Shown in pieces: positions 24,020 to 37,917 of a stretch of 64,000 nt of DNA; the first letter of the stretch is position 1; the number at the start of each line of letters is the position of its first letter. This DNA is from Vicugna vicugna (Eukaryota). Location of the stretch: NCBI GenBank assembly GCA_013265495.1, contig MU058059.1, positions 1,426,001 to 1,490,000 of the forward strand. Direction: 5' to 3'. The translations under genes were made by a program, and so were the position numbers. The notes beneath the pieces were generated by a model that had not been told where the DNA came from, did no database searches, and saw only the letters and a list, made by a program, of their open reading frames with translations.

Positions 24020-26760
24020 AACACCTTCACAATTTGATATTAAAACACTTGGTGCGGCCGTGCACAAAATCATACTAGCCTGGAAGCCCAGTAATCCAGC
24101 TAAAGACAGAAGGCTGCTCTTACATATCTGGCCCTCTAAGACGGCTTGGTCAGTTGTATGCGCTTTGAAATAGTTCACCTGCCAAACTCTGCATATGTGA
24201 ACTCCCCGTTTATTCCTCTTGCCCATTTTTCCTTAATGATCTGAAGCTCCTCCTGCACTCTGGGAACAATCCTGTGTTGACTTGAATGATTACTTGGCTC
24301 TTCACTTTGTTTATGATGACTTCCTTGTGGAGAATTTTATTTTAATGTAACAAAATACATCAATTATTTCCTCTACAGGCTGCACGTCTAGCCTATGAAA
24401 TCCCTTGCAGCCCTGAAGTTACATGGATAGTCTCCCTAGGGTTATTTTAAAGATTTTCTTCTTCATATTTAAACCTACTATACAACTGGAATTGATTTTT
24501 TTTTTATGGTGTGAGGTAGGGCTCTATTTTTTCACATGGAAAACAAATCGTTCAACAAAACTTTTTTGAATAGTCTGTACTTTCACTGACCTGCAGAGTG
24601 TCCTCTGTTACAGCATGTTTCTACTGTCTGTGGGTCTATTTGTGGCCTTTTTTATTCTATTTATTGGCATATTTTCCCGTATCACATTGTGTTAGCTGCT
24701 GATAACGAGTCTATCTGGAGAGCAATCTATATCATACTGAGATTTTAAATTCTGGAACTTGTTCTCTCTGAATTTACTCTAATCGTTTGGTCTGGTTTTT
24801 TTTAATTTTCATGTAGACGTCGTAACATTTATTTCTGTGTACTTTGTATGTTTATTGCTATTATAAATGGAATCTACTTAACAGACTTCCTCTTTTACTC
24901 CCATTATTATTTTCTTTAATATTGGTCTTGTTTCCCATAGGCTTGCTGTATTATTACTAATTTTGAGATGATTCAGCATTACCAGTCAATTTATTTTTAA
25001 CTGAGAATAAATTTCTAAGTATACTAATGGAGAATGGGAAGATCTAGTACAGTTAGATCTAGAGCTGCTCTTTAATCACTAGTTGTATTAATATTTATGA
25101 CTGCTTATCATACGGATGCCTATTTTTAGGGTAAAATTTATTCTTTTGGAAAAAATCTCTATCTGGAAACATCAAACTCAGAGAAAAGCTGCAAGAACAA
25201 AACAGTACAGACTACACATACAGCCTTTGCCCAGATTTATTTCCCGTTAACACTCCACCCCATTTGCTTTATCATTTCTGTTGGCCCTCAGGTGTCTCCG
25301 TGTGTACAGGTACGGATGTACAGACATACACATATATGTACAGGGGATGTTTTTATCCTTTGAGGGCTCTTTACCCCTAAATACTAGTTTTTTCTCTAAG
25401 AGTAGTTTATTTTCCCCAAGAATAAGAATGTTCTCTTAGCAACAGCTCAGTTATCAACTTCTCTAAATTTAACACTTATACAGTATTTTTAATTCATCTT
25501 CCATTCATATTCCAATTTTTCCAACAATGCACTTTATAACACATTCCCCCTCCAGAGCAGGATTCAGTTTAAGGTCAGATATTCAATGTAATAGGCCTGT
25601 CTCTTTAGTCTCCCTTAATCTGGAACATCTTCCATTGCATTTCTTTATCTTTTATAACACTGACGTTTTCAAAGAACACACTCTTTTCCCTCTTCTATTT
25701 TTCAAAATAGAAAGTTCCTCATTTTGGATTTGCCTGATGTTTCCCCGTGATCAGATTCAGGACATGCATTTTTGGCCAGCACGCTACATGGGTGATGACG
25801 GGTCCTTCTCAGGACAGCACATCTGCAACCACAGATGGCAGCGTGTCCACTGGTGATGTTCATTTCAATCACAAATTAGTGTTCTCCAATTCCTTCACTA
25901 CAGTTACATACAAAACACACACAAACACTTATATATATGTACATATGTGCACATATATCCATAAATAAGTCCAAACAGATACATCTAACTCCAGTCCATC
26001 CCCAAAGGGCTTGCTCTTTTTCACTCTGTATTGGTCCTTGTCCTGTAACAAGCTTGGCACCCTTACTCATTCATATCCTAAATCCTGTGGCACATCTACT
26101 GCACGTTCAGACCTCTTTTACCTGTGCTGTAAGAAACAAGCCCACAAAAAGAGCTCAGGATTTGTCTGCAATTTTCTCTCCCTGCTCTGCCATCCAAGAA
26201 TGGGGTCCTCAGTTAAAAACTCTGCTCATAATCAACGTGGATCCATTCTTTTTTTTCTCTTCAGAGTAGCCTTAGTAGTCACTTGAGATACGACTCAGTT
26301 CATTTGTTCCTATTTTCTTTCAGTTCTTAATAATTTATTGTGATTTTTAATATGCAGACTATGAACCTGCTTTCAAAAGTCAAAGCTACATGCAAAGGTA
26401 CTCAAGGAAGGATCTCGCCCTCCATACCTTACCCGCCCCATTCGACCTCTGACAGGTAACCAACCTTGCTCTTTTCTGGTTTATCCTATCCGGCTTTCTT
26501 CTTGAAAAAATTAGCAATTATGCTAATGCTTTTTCTCACCTTTCCTTCCTTTTTACACTACAGACTGCGTTGCACTTGGCTTTTTTCACTTCCTAGTGTC
26601 TCCTGGAAACCAGTCAAAGTCAGGTCACAGTCAGGTCACAGCGACCGTCCACACCCTCCTTACAGCCGCCCTGCCCTCCACTGTGTGTAGGAACATAGTT
26701 CATTCAACCTTCTTCCAGACTTGGGTGCCTGCCTTTTTTTAGAAGAACATAAATTGTTTT
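24020..26760 (-). mobile_element. Mosaic of ancient L1 (L1ME/L1MC-like) fragments
   Basis: ctggaattgattttttttatggtgtgaggtagggctcta; aaactcagagaaaagctgcaagaa; tctttagtctcccttaatctggaaca; tcaaaagtcaaagctaca; boundaries approximate. Confidence 0.6.
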
Positions 26761-29700
26761 CACATCTTTATGAATTGGCTTGTAAAATATCGTTAAAAAC
26801 TTTCTTTCACAGATCATTTCAGATGCTTCCAAGAAAAAACTTAGAAGATGACAAAAACCAAAAAAACTGAAATGGCAAGAATAAATGATTTCTCGGGAAT
26901 ATTTTATTTCTACAAAAATAAATGTCATGTGTGTATTTAACTCTCCCAGCCTTCTTCTCACTTCTGCTCTGTTTCCCAGCAGATTGTATTTAACAAGTTT
27001 TCTATGACTACCTCCTGCTTGCTGCTCTGAAATTCCTCAGTTAACTTCAAAAGCATCACACTCATACACACATATCCAGACGCACACACACAACACGGAA
27101 AAGAAAAGGCAAAGGGGAAGAGACCGGGAGACTGGGGAGAAGATGTTAATGATGCTGAAAGGAAATTAAGAAGCTACAGTAAATTAAAGAACATTTTTCA
27201 TGTTTTAACAAAACTGAAAGATGTAAAACTGGGGATGGGGAGGAACCAGTGTTATACTGAGCAGTATTGTATCCACTTACACACATGAATGGTAAATTCA
27301 AGACCCTGGTAATGCATCACAGTCGACAGCTAGGATACAACATCGTTCTTGCCAGCATTTCACATGGTTTCTCAACCGAACATTTGGGAGCTTTATGTAA
27401 CACTGCGAGGAATACTATAGGACTAAAGCAGCCACAGCATCCTTGGGAGAGTTTCAAGTAAAACCCAAAAAAACAGCCATGTTAGCAATCGGAAAGGCAG
27501 CATCTAGCGAGAACTATCACTGCCTTTCATCAACCTCTTTTCTGTGTAATGGTTTAATCATAGCAGATAAAGATTCTTTCCCTTTCTAAAAAATCTTACA
27601 TTTTATGAACATGAATGTTGATAGTTCTCCTTATAAAATCATATTTTAGGATGAAAAAAGGGACCTGGAATCACACACTTTAAGGCAAACAATAGCCCAT
27701 TAAATTCAGTCATAGAAAGTCATAGGGGTTGTGGACCTGAAACACACTTTTACAGATAAACTCAAGCCCAGAGAGGTTCAGAGACGTTCAAGGTCACACC
27801 AGTTTAGTGGCAGAGCACAGCCAAGACTTGGGGCTCCCGAAAGCCTGCCAACCGTCTCTCCCACGAAGGGGACGGAAGCAGCAACGATATGGGAAACCGC
27901 ACAGGGCTCGAGGCCGAGAGGCCTCAAGGACACTTCCACGGAAGTGCCTGCGCCACACGCTCTTGGGTACAGAAGTTCAGTTGTTTTGTTTTCTCACAAC
28001 AGTTGCGAAATAACGGTTTCTAGGACGAAAGTGATGAATGTGCCACAGTGATGGAGAAGAAGGATTATCCAAAGTTGCAGACCTCATGTCAAGAGCAGGT
28101 ACAGATGACATACGAGTCTTTAAAAATAAAATGAGTCAGAGCATTAGGAAAAAAACAAAAAAAAATGAAACATCGTGTCTAGAGTAAAGAAGACAGGCCA
28201 GTGACAAAACTCCTTTAAGAAATGTAATGCATCCGGGCACTCGTTTTGACAGGTGTGTGCCAGCAGGTTTTTGCTCCTTCGGGTGACAAAGTCACAAGTG
28301 TGCAGCAGGAACAACCCTCAGGGAGCTGGTAGACACATGTGAGAAAATCCGGGCTAAATTTTACTGTTTATCGCTGAGAACCCCATTCAAGAGCAGAGAG
28401 ATTATCTTGTACTGATGGCTCTGAGCTGCTACGCAGACTGCAAAAGGGCAGCGGCCACCACACCAGCAGAGCATTAACGAAACCGTGTGCGCAGAAGAGC
28501 GCCCACACGCCAAGGCTCCCCCCTACTTTACTCGGGGCCAGAGCTGGCAGCCAACCACACTTCCCTGATCTTAATTCATTAGTTAAAAGAAGTGGGGGAA
28601 ACCGGGTAGGCAATGGAATCACAGCCACTGAGGCCAGGGCCACAGGCTTATGGTTTCCCCATCTTCACATGAAGGCAGTCAAAGGGAGAGGTTCCCGGGA
28701 ATTTTATATGCAGATGATAAAAACAAAATTTCTTATAACTCCAAAGATCACTGCCATGAGCTCAGCATCCTTCTTAAATGGTTTATCTCAGCAACATCTT
28801 CAAAATCTCAAATCATCTCACTATGTATCTCCAGGGCTGAAATGTTACAATTTTCAATGAAAGAGGGGAGCGATCAGGAAATCTTATGCAGGCAAACTGT
28901 AATATAAACAGCGTGACTGCAGAGAATTTAACTTTTTCTCTACGCTTGATGATTTTCTTTAGTCAATGGGGAAAAAAATCAGTTGTGTTATTGGTAGTGC
29001 AAAAAGATAATTCAAATACTACAGAAGGAAACGTGGAAAAAAAATTTTTTTCCTGAGATGAGTACAATCAAAGAGAAAGTTACAAAGGCATTTGCAGCTC
29101 TCTCTGAAGTAGAGAGACCCGGCCTGCCAGGGTTTCCGTATAATGTGTCAACACAGCATTTGATAAAACACAATGAGTCTGGGTTTGTGTTTGATCTGAA
29201 CACCCAAGACAGTCCACGTCTACCTGAAGAACCACCAAACACATGCTCTCACAGTCAACAGCCTATGACAGCTAGATACAACTTGCTCACTAAACAAAAA
29301 TGAAGACAAGAGTGAGGGAGCGGTACGGAGCATGAGCCACCCTTTACCAGCCGTATACGGCTGCCCCTGATGCGACAAGCCCTTCTGTAGCACATGACTC
29401 TGGGCCATGTCCTGTTCAAATACCATCCCCTTTACACATACCAATTCATTAAAGCCTCAAAAAACCCTATGAAACAAGTGTGGTTATATACATTTTACAG
29501 ACGAAACTGGGGCCCAAGAGATTATGTATGTGCCTGAGACCACAGTGTGTGTCTGGATTTGAAGGACAGTTAATCGCTGTGATAGGTCATTCTGAAAGGT
29601 CACGGGCAACTCTAAAGACTTCATAATTTTTCAACTTTTAGCTTTATAATTAAAACTTAGGATGAGTTTTTTAGATATGAAAAATTGGAGGTCCGAGTAT

Positions 29701-31266
29701 ATGCTATATGACCAATAAATGAGCCTCCAGTACCAAACATCTGAAAACAGCGCCACGGAGAATGTGGGGCTTTACTATGGAATAAATCAGGAGAGCAAGG
29801 ATACATGGCATCGGGACCCCGACTATGCATTTGGGGAGGAAAACAATCATATTTCTACCACAACAGCACATATAAAAATAACTTTGGATGGAGAGAAAAC
29901 AGACACAGTATAACAGAATACAACGCAGCTATTACAACAGCAAACCGCGGACCTGGTCTGCTGTGGTGTACCACAGCCGTGAGGCGCTGATGGATACAGA
30001 GCAAGCGCCAGGAGAGGAAAACAGGGCCGTGTAAACTTGCAGGACGCATCTCTACAGATCTGGAAGCACACACATCAAATTACTCTGAGTGGTTCACCTG
30101 GAGTGGGGAGCCTGCAGGGAGAAAGCCATTTATCTTTATACTCCTCTGTCTTGTTACAATTTTTAAATGGCATTCTAATCTTTTTTAAAAAGATCCACAC
30201 ACACACACACACAGTCAAGTGATGAAGAAACCAGACAAGGAGGCAGGACCCCGTCACGGGAAGTCTTATATGTCCTGGTAAGGACCTTTCAGTTTATTCT
30301 TAGTCAACGAAGCACTAGCAAACGTTTTTAGGCACTAGGGAGGAAAAAAAAAACATTGTTGCATTTTATTAAGATATTGTTAGTGGTGATGTGGAAAATG
30401 ATTAGAAAAGTAGCGAGATGAGAAAAAGGAAAAACAGTAAAGGAGGCTTTTAATGTCTACTAGTAACTGAGAATTTGCCGTGGACCCTGCACAGCCTCCA
30501 ATTCAGCTCATGTAAGCCACAGTGGCTGTTGCCCTGTTTCGGAACTGGCACAAGTCCCACCTCACATATGAGCAAACAGGCTCAGAGAAGTTCAGGGACT
30601 GCTCCGTTTCCACAGCTAGTCAGTGAAAACTTGGAATCCGAATTCAAACCTTGGCCTGTGCCCTCACCTGCAAACTTACAGTGTGTTCTGGGATGCTGCA
30701 ACAGCCTGGACACATGATAACAAAGACCTCAGCCAACGCGAGCAAGAGCTGGGAGTCGGGGGCAGGGCAGGCTCAGTACCTGCTCAGGAGGCAAAATGCG
30801 CCTGAGCGGCTGGAGACAGAGGAGGAGGAAGGTTGGGAATTAAGACGGACCACTCAGCTTTCAGACTTGAAAGAAATTTCCAGATTTTCATTGACTTCTG
30901 TAACATTATTATCATCTACTGATACCTCCAAGGACTTGATGAACAGCCATGAAAACTATTATTTCTGTACCAATTCCAACTTTCTGGTGCGCCGCTGTAG
31001 CTTCAGTGCCCTCCCCAGGTCCCCTGCAACGAAGCTTCATCGTCAAAGTCTATTCACCGAGAGACGCCGGCACACGAGAGGCCAGGAAACACCTTCCTCG
31101 CTTTTCCCTCAAGAAAAGATGATTTCTGCCTGAGCTGAGAGTGGAAATTATCAAGAACATTAGAACTACTTTACTTTTTTAATCACAGAGAAAATGGAGA
31201 ACTTGAAACACACACAGTACACACAGCACACATGCACACACATTTATTTCTTGGTACTCTTATTTA

Positions 31267-31457
31267 TTTAATACGGCTGTTCTAACAGTGGAGGAGGGGT
31301 GGGCCCATGATGACTTCAAGGATTCCAGAAACCTAAATTTTATATAAAATTTAGTCTGCAAGTGAATATAAGCACTTCTTTAAGGAGAATATCAATAGTT
31401 CACATTAAATGTTCAAAGTGCGTCTAAGACTTAAAAAAAAAAAAACAGTAAGAACCG
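31267..31457. mobile_element. Possible hAT-Charlie MITE (MER103C-like)
   Basis: ttctttaaggagaatatcaatagttcacattaaatgttcaaagtgcgtctaagact...aaaaacagtaagaacc resembles the recalled MER103C end. Confidence 0.4.
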
Positions 31458-33079
31458 CATGGCTGTCCTTTACAGGAATCGACCACTGACCAACCCAGTG
31501 ACTAAGTGACCTCTTTCTTTATGAGACTTCGATAAGCACAACACAGCAGTTCACCGCAGTGGCTCATCATGAAGACCCAGCCGGGCGGCGAAGCGGGCTT
31601 CAGACTCTGCCTCTTCACAGTGGTGCCTATTTTTGCCACCTATTTGTTAGACTGATGGAGAAAAATCATCACCTACATAATTAAACACAGCCCGCTGCAA
31701 CGCTTCAGTGATGGCGGTGAAGGATGGCTGCTTGTGTACTTTTAAACTGTCATTTTAGAGACCACTTCCTTGTTATTTTGCACATTTTCCATAGATTAAT
31801 TCTGAATCCCAAACTGCCGTCAAGATTAGACCGAGAGGCATTCTACAGAGAACACAGAATCCACAGCACAACAGAAGTGCTCTTCCATGAGTTAGTAAAC
31901 GTAATTTCTACTGTGCTCTCGTGAATCTACTGTAATCTCGGGGCAAGAATTCCCAGTCCCCTGGAGCCGACTGACGACGAGCAGTTTGGCGCATGTGTGT
32001 GCACATCTGTGTGCACGTCTGTACAGACGCTGTATCTCCAGTGGCCCTAACCTAACCACTGACTGAACTACAGTCTCAGAAACAGAGAGCAAGCACAGAC
32101 CAGAGTGGGTGAAGCACTGCTGAGTTCAGGCAGTGTTAGACTAACAAAGATCCTTATGAACAAAGGAAAAGAACCCACACGGTATAAAACAAAGAGCTGC
32201 GCAGAGAGAACTTTTAAAAATAACTCCTAAACTTGTCTGATAACTCACTGGCCATCACTGAGCGGATCCTACAAATCCTCTGAATCTAGTGTCTAAAACA
32301 ATGAACCCATATATTTTTTCCTGAATAACTAAACTCTCCTGGGGAAAGGGGACGAGGATACGTGTAACATCAATGTGCTTTAACTGCGGGAGAAGAGCCG
32401 GGGACGGTCCACCCTTGACTCCAAATGCCACTACTTTCTTCCTTTAATTTCCCTTCCTCTGAACATGACGTTCCGCCTCCAGCTGGGGCTGCAGATAAGC
32501 TGTGTGCCAGGGCTTCAGGCTCCCCCGCCCCGAGAAGAAGAAAGCACCCTGATCCGTCTGCTGGCTCCACTGCTTCAGACCCGCCGGACTGCCTCACAGC
32601 CGCAGAGCTCTGAGTCCCACAGCTCAGAGGGGCAGGTTCTCAGAGGGGGAGAGGGCTCTGAGCCACAGATCAGGGCGCATCTTCAGTTCTGCCCCAGATC
32701 CAGGGCTTGGAGAACAGGAGAAATGGACATGAACGGGCGTTCGCTCTTCTCTCCAGAGTCCCAGCCATCAACCAGCCTAAAGGACTGCATGTCCTGGTTC
32801 TAAGCACACTTTTCCCCTGCCCTCGAATGTCTTGTGTTTGAAATTCCCATCAAACATCTGAATATAATTTTTCTCAAGACATGCAGGAGAGCACTTTGGC
32901 TACAGCCAGAGGGAACCGATGCCTTGAGCGACCAAGGACGATGTTACACTCTTTTGTTTCACCACAGATGAGGGCAGCAGAGGTCCTGGGAGAATAACGG
33001 GAGGGAGCTGACCCACAAGATGTTGCTCAGGCTGGGGGTGGGGATGGACCAGCAGCAGCCATGGGGAAGAGGTGGCACC

Positions 33080-33432
33080 TGAGGCCGGCAGAACAGGGGC
33101 CCCCAAAGGCGTGCACATCCTACCCCGAACATGTGACTCTGGTATCTTACATGGCCAAAGAGACCTCGTGGGCGTGATTACGTTGAGAATCTGGAGATGC
33201 AGGGACGTCCTGGAATGTCCAGGTGGCCTAGTGCCATCATAAGCGTCCTTAGAAGCAGGAGGCAGAAGGACCAGGGCAGGAGACGTGAGGATAGAAACAG
33301 AGAGTGGAGTGATGTGGGCCCACATCCCAAGGAAGGCAGGTGGCCCCCAGAAGCTAGAAAGGATGAGGAAATAGAACCTCCCCATAGCCAGCAGGAGGAA
33401 TTCAGAGGACAGAGATATTTTGAAAGCCAGCC
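33080..33432 (+). mobile_element. MaLR LTR, 3'-truncated (MLT1C/D-like)
   Basis: ggcagaacaggggcccccaaaggcgtgcacatcct...tcttacatggccaaagagac...gtgattacgttgagaatctggagatg...ccagaagctagaaagg. Confidence 0.8.
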
Positions 33433-35029
33433 TCAAAGCAAAAGAAAACAACATTTTAAAGTTTAAATCAAATCAAGATAGGCACATTTCACCAGTAATG
33501 AAGAGAAAAATGTTTTTAAATTTTCTATGTCAACAGAAGATGTTTATATCCTTGTAGGTTCATTACTCCAGATGGTAAAATAAATTATAAAAAATAATTG
33601 TACAAAAAGAAACTTAAAATAGACCTTCAACATGCAAAAACCATGCCTGCAAATAAAACAAGTGTACTCTTCTTTAAAAACGTCCACGTTTTCTTGGTAG
33701 AATCCGTTTCTGATCTGCATGACAATTAACACGGCGTGTGTGTGTCACTGGCATATCTTCTAAAAGCTGAGTATCAGGATGGAAACTACACACTAAAAGT
33801 AAAACAATACTCACTGTCTTTCGAGTAGCTTTCCATTCAGGATATGCACACTATTTCAAGTTTTACCTTCAACATTCTCAGTGTTAAAAGCTGAAGAGTT
33901 CCATCTCAGCTGGCTGACCTGAACACTTACCATAATATTACTGTTATAATAATGGAGATGAACATTCACTGTCAAGGGCACAATATCAACACAAAACTGA
34001 GTCCAGTCTGATCTTACTTCTTGGGAGGCTGGCATCAAGCACCTGCCTTTTTTAGTCTACCGAAACCAATTTCCAATTATGAATCATGCTGACTTCATCT
34101 TGGCATATAAATGTAACATATATCGCCTATATGTAGTGTATGTATGCATATACGTGTGTATTAGAATGTGCAGTCAGGGAAGCACTGTATGTCCCACCCT
34201 CACGACAAATCGGACATCATCACGGGCACGCAGAGCAGGACAAGGAACATTACACAGACAACTGACAACTCTTCCTCAAAGCATTATCCGTTATCTCATT
34301 TTCTGTGCATATCTCACACCCCAATGAGACGGCAAGACTTTTCGAGAAACCACGTTGTAAGCACATTAGTGGTTCAGCCCAGTCTCACGTGGCACTCTGT
34401 GCACAGAGCCCAGAAGCAGGACCGGCCTACTCGTGAAATCACGAGCGAAGACGAAGGCGGCCACCACATCGGGCGTGTCTACTTCCCCGTGTGCTCATGC
34501 TTCACTGGCACCTTCCCAGCAGACAGAGACCAGAGTTCAGGAGTTCTAAGTCCTGTCTTTAGCCAAAGAACCACGTGGCCTGCATGCCCAGCCCGCTCAC
34601 GTCCACGCCACCCGCACCCTCCATGGGGACCCGCTACCTTAACGTGCCCTCAGCGCCCAGGGCTGTGTCACACCTCACAACGTCAAGGTGCAAGTCACAC
34701 GTCCCACAGCCGGTCACAACACAGGTCACTACACTCCATCGGATTTATCTCAGGACAGAAATCCCACTCTTGCCCTCTGGAGTTGGGTACCTTGGGTAGA
34801 GATGGTCCCTAAAGCTGCAAGCCCCTGGGGCCAGTCATCACTGGGTCCAGCAAGTCCACTGAGGCTGCTCTGGGCACCCTTACAGTCAGGGAGGCTCTGA
34901 TTTAGGGGTTCGCTGTCTCCCTAACCAGCTGCCTGACCCACACCTCTAGGCAACACATCAAAACATATGCCTCACACCAGGCCCTTGGGCGGACGTGTGC
35001 AAGTGAGATCAGCTAAGCAGAAGAAAGGC

Positions 35030-35240
35030 TCCCACTTGGTGTTTATCACGTGCCTGTTACACCCTGTGTCCTTCTCACATACAGCAACCCAGGAAGGCAG
35101 GTACAGCCATCCCCCTACGTTACAAATGAGGACACGAGGCACAGAGAGACTGAAGGGCTTGCCCAAGGTCACAGAGCTGGTAGGTAGCGGCACGGGGCTT
35201 CCACACAGGTGGGCCAGCCCCAGAGCACACACGGAGTCAT
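35030..35240 (-). mobile_element. MIR SINE
   Basis: ttacaaatgaggacacgaggcacagagagactgaagggcttgcccaaggtcacagagctggtaggt is the reverse MIR core. Confidence 0.8.
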
Positions 35241-35386
35241 CGAGGCTGTGATTAGCTTTGTCATGTCATTTTCCAGCAAAGCCTACTGATCAGATAAGCT
35301 GGGGTTCCATCTAGACAGACGATTTCATCTTCAGGAATTCTCATACGTGTTGATTCTGCGAGAACCTATGAGCTCGAGCGGCTCAC

Positions 35387-35478
35387 CTTGGAAAACAGCT
35401 CCACGGGCGCGGCCACCGCCTCCTGCTCCTGCAGGTACTGCTCCCAGGACCAGGCTTCCCGCGCGGCTGCCGTGGGGG
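35387..35478 (-). CDS. L3MBTL4: L3MBTL4 coding exon 3: (A)PTAAAREAWSWEQYLQEQEAVAAPVELFSK, start of MBT1
   Basis: 92 nt; ttgcAG acceptor, GTGAG donor; phase 1->0; WSWxxYL MBT arm motif; visible inside ORF 35366..35596. Confidence 0.96.
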
Positions 35479-35829
35479 CTGCAAGGGAAACACAGCGGCT
35501 CTTCTTGAGACAATTAGTGACAGAGTAACAATGCAACTGACGGTAAATCCAAGAAGCAGGCTCAGTACTTAAACTGATCATCAGAAGACCCTGCAACTAA
35601 CAGGAAGAGCCTGATCGCCCACCTTCTGCGAGTGTTTAGTAAAATCGGGTGACCACTGCACTCAGCGCTTCCTGTGCCAGAACAACGTGGGGTACAGCGA
35701 ATGCATCCCACTCAGGACCCTGCTGAGGAGCACTCGGACAGGCACCCCTCGTGCCTCCCAAGACGAGGGAACAGGCACAGGCTTTCTTGAAGATGATCTG
35801 GGTAATTTTAGGGCAAAAGACTTGAATAC

Positions 35830-36940
35830 TTTTTTTGTTATACCCTCAGTTTCATACTTCTTGGTGTGAATGTCACTTGGTACAACCTGGTGAAAGGCAC
35901 TGTGGAAACGTATGTCAAAAGCCTTAAAAATTATTTAGATACTTTGAACCAGCAATTCTCCTTTTAGGAATCTCTTAATGCAGTTACAGAACTCTTCATC
36001 ACAGTGAAACAGCAGAAACAAACTGAAGGTCCACCAGGGGAGGGCTAATTAAATGCACTTAACAGATGTGTCATTTTAATAGAAGGCCATAAAACTACAC
36101 TGCAGCAGACTGTCTAATGGTAGAGAAAGGCTACGTCAATGATAAACTACTAAATGAAAAAGAAAGCAGTTTTAGGAAACACAATGATCCTTCTTGATAA
36201 AATACATAATGGAAATAAAAAAGACTAAAATTATATAAATCAAAATCTTAAATGAAGTCACCTTTAGGTGTCAGGATTACAAATAATTTCTTCCCAGTTT
36301 TCTTTGTACTTTAATTTTCTGCTTTCCAAATTTTCTAAATGAACAGTAATTCAGTAAAAATATCATTTTTAATTAATAAAAATCTGGCCAAAAGGATTAG
36401 TAACTTTTTAAGTTTATATTCTATGGTCCAGTTATTCCTCCTCTACAATTAATATGCTAAGGAAGTAGTCATGATTAAAGTTGATGGTAAAATGTACATC
36501 ACAACATCGTTACAGCAAAAATGTGAAGTAATATTAATATGGGAGAAAGTTAAATAAATGATATTTAAATATACATATAACCATATACACACATATGCAT
36601 ATATGATTACAAAGATGTCAAAAAGTACACTTTTTAAATAATAAAATATCTTGAGTATTTTCTGGGGTTTATTTATTTATTTATTACTTTACTACCCTAA
36701 ATTTTAAAATACAAATTATTACACATATTAAACTATTCATGTTTTCAACATACTCATAAAGCCCCTTCCTCGGGCAAGACACAACGCATATACATGTATC
36801 CATACATACAAACATACGTGTAGAAAAGAAATTGGAAAGAAACGGCAAAATATTAGTGGTGGTTACACATGGGTGGTAGGATTAATGTAAATATTCTTTT
36901 CTTACTTGTTACTCTCTGCAGTTTTAAAATCCTCACAAGC
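35830..36940 (+). mobile_element. Ancient L1ME-like 3' fragments
   Basis: actttgaaccagcaattctccttttaggaatct; aaaatattagtggtggttacacatgggtggtaggatt; boundaries approximate. Confidence 0.55.
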
Positions 36941-37917
36941 ATTATTTAACCACACACACACTTGCACTAACACACACACTCACATACACACATCCTTGGA
37001 GGAGACTGGTAAGAAGTGGTCTGTGAGTGTTAATTCTCACATTCATCTTGCTGCAGAATGTGCCTGAAGAAGGCAGACAGTGAAAGGTCAGAGCTGCCAG
37101 AGCCCTGGTGGTGACAGGTGGTCAGACCACCTCTAAGACCAATATTTGAAACCTCTCAGGACACCAGAGCCACCTGACGGAATAGCAAACATAAAAATCC
37201 ATCAAGTTGTGCACAAAGATTTCACGCAGACTTTTCAACAGTCAAAAACATATTTTCTGAGCTCCTCTTAATGCAGCAAGAAGCATACTGTCCACTGGAA
37301 TAAAACTAGAACCCAGTCCCTGGTTTAGTCAGTGAAAGATAAATGAATACTATATACTGTTTTTCCCTTTGACAGTAGTATACACAATTGACAAAAAAGA
37401 GTAATTTAAGCTCAGACTGTAAGGAAAAAATCATTAACTTTTAGTTTAAATTATACATACAGAGCTCGTCCATTAATATTTACTACTGATCAATCAGAAC
37501 ACACTGATGTGCTCTCGCTAAGAAATACACTTACTAAGGGATAAGAATTTCAGAAAGCACCTCAGACATCAAACAAGGCTGAGAGAGCTGTCCTCGGCGG
37601 GGTCCCTGCTCTGTCTGGGAACAGTGAGACTCTGTATGATCACACCCAGGAGCGCAGGCTGCCACCCGTCAAGCCATGAGAGACGCTGCCACGCCTACCC
37701 CACCATGTGACACGTCTCATGCTGCTAAACAGACAAAGCAGTTTGACAAACCCCAAAGAATCTCTGGTAAGATTATTCAACAGCCCTATTTTCATATAAG
37801 CAATTCACAACAATTATAAGCTCAGCAAGAAAACATTACAGCAGCGTTGGCTCTAAAGCAAATGTAAAAATCTCACTTTCTACAACAGCTGTGTTCCTTA
37901 AAAACTTGTATGTGAGC

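Noticed and set aside
32900..33454. 184-aa minus-strand ORF
   Set aside because: Mostly the reverse strand of a MaLR LTR; no coding signature
34168..34812. Longest ORF in the window (214 aa)
   Set aside because: Non-ATG start, Ser/His/Arg/Pro-rich composition typical of random frames, no recognisable homology or gene structure
36031..36046. CTCF-like CCACCAGGGGAG
   Set aside because: Diverges from the core at the GGCGC/GGCAG end and sits in a decayed L1; a chance match is likely
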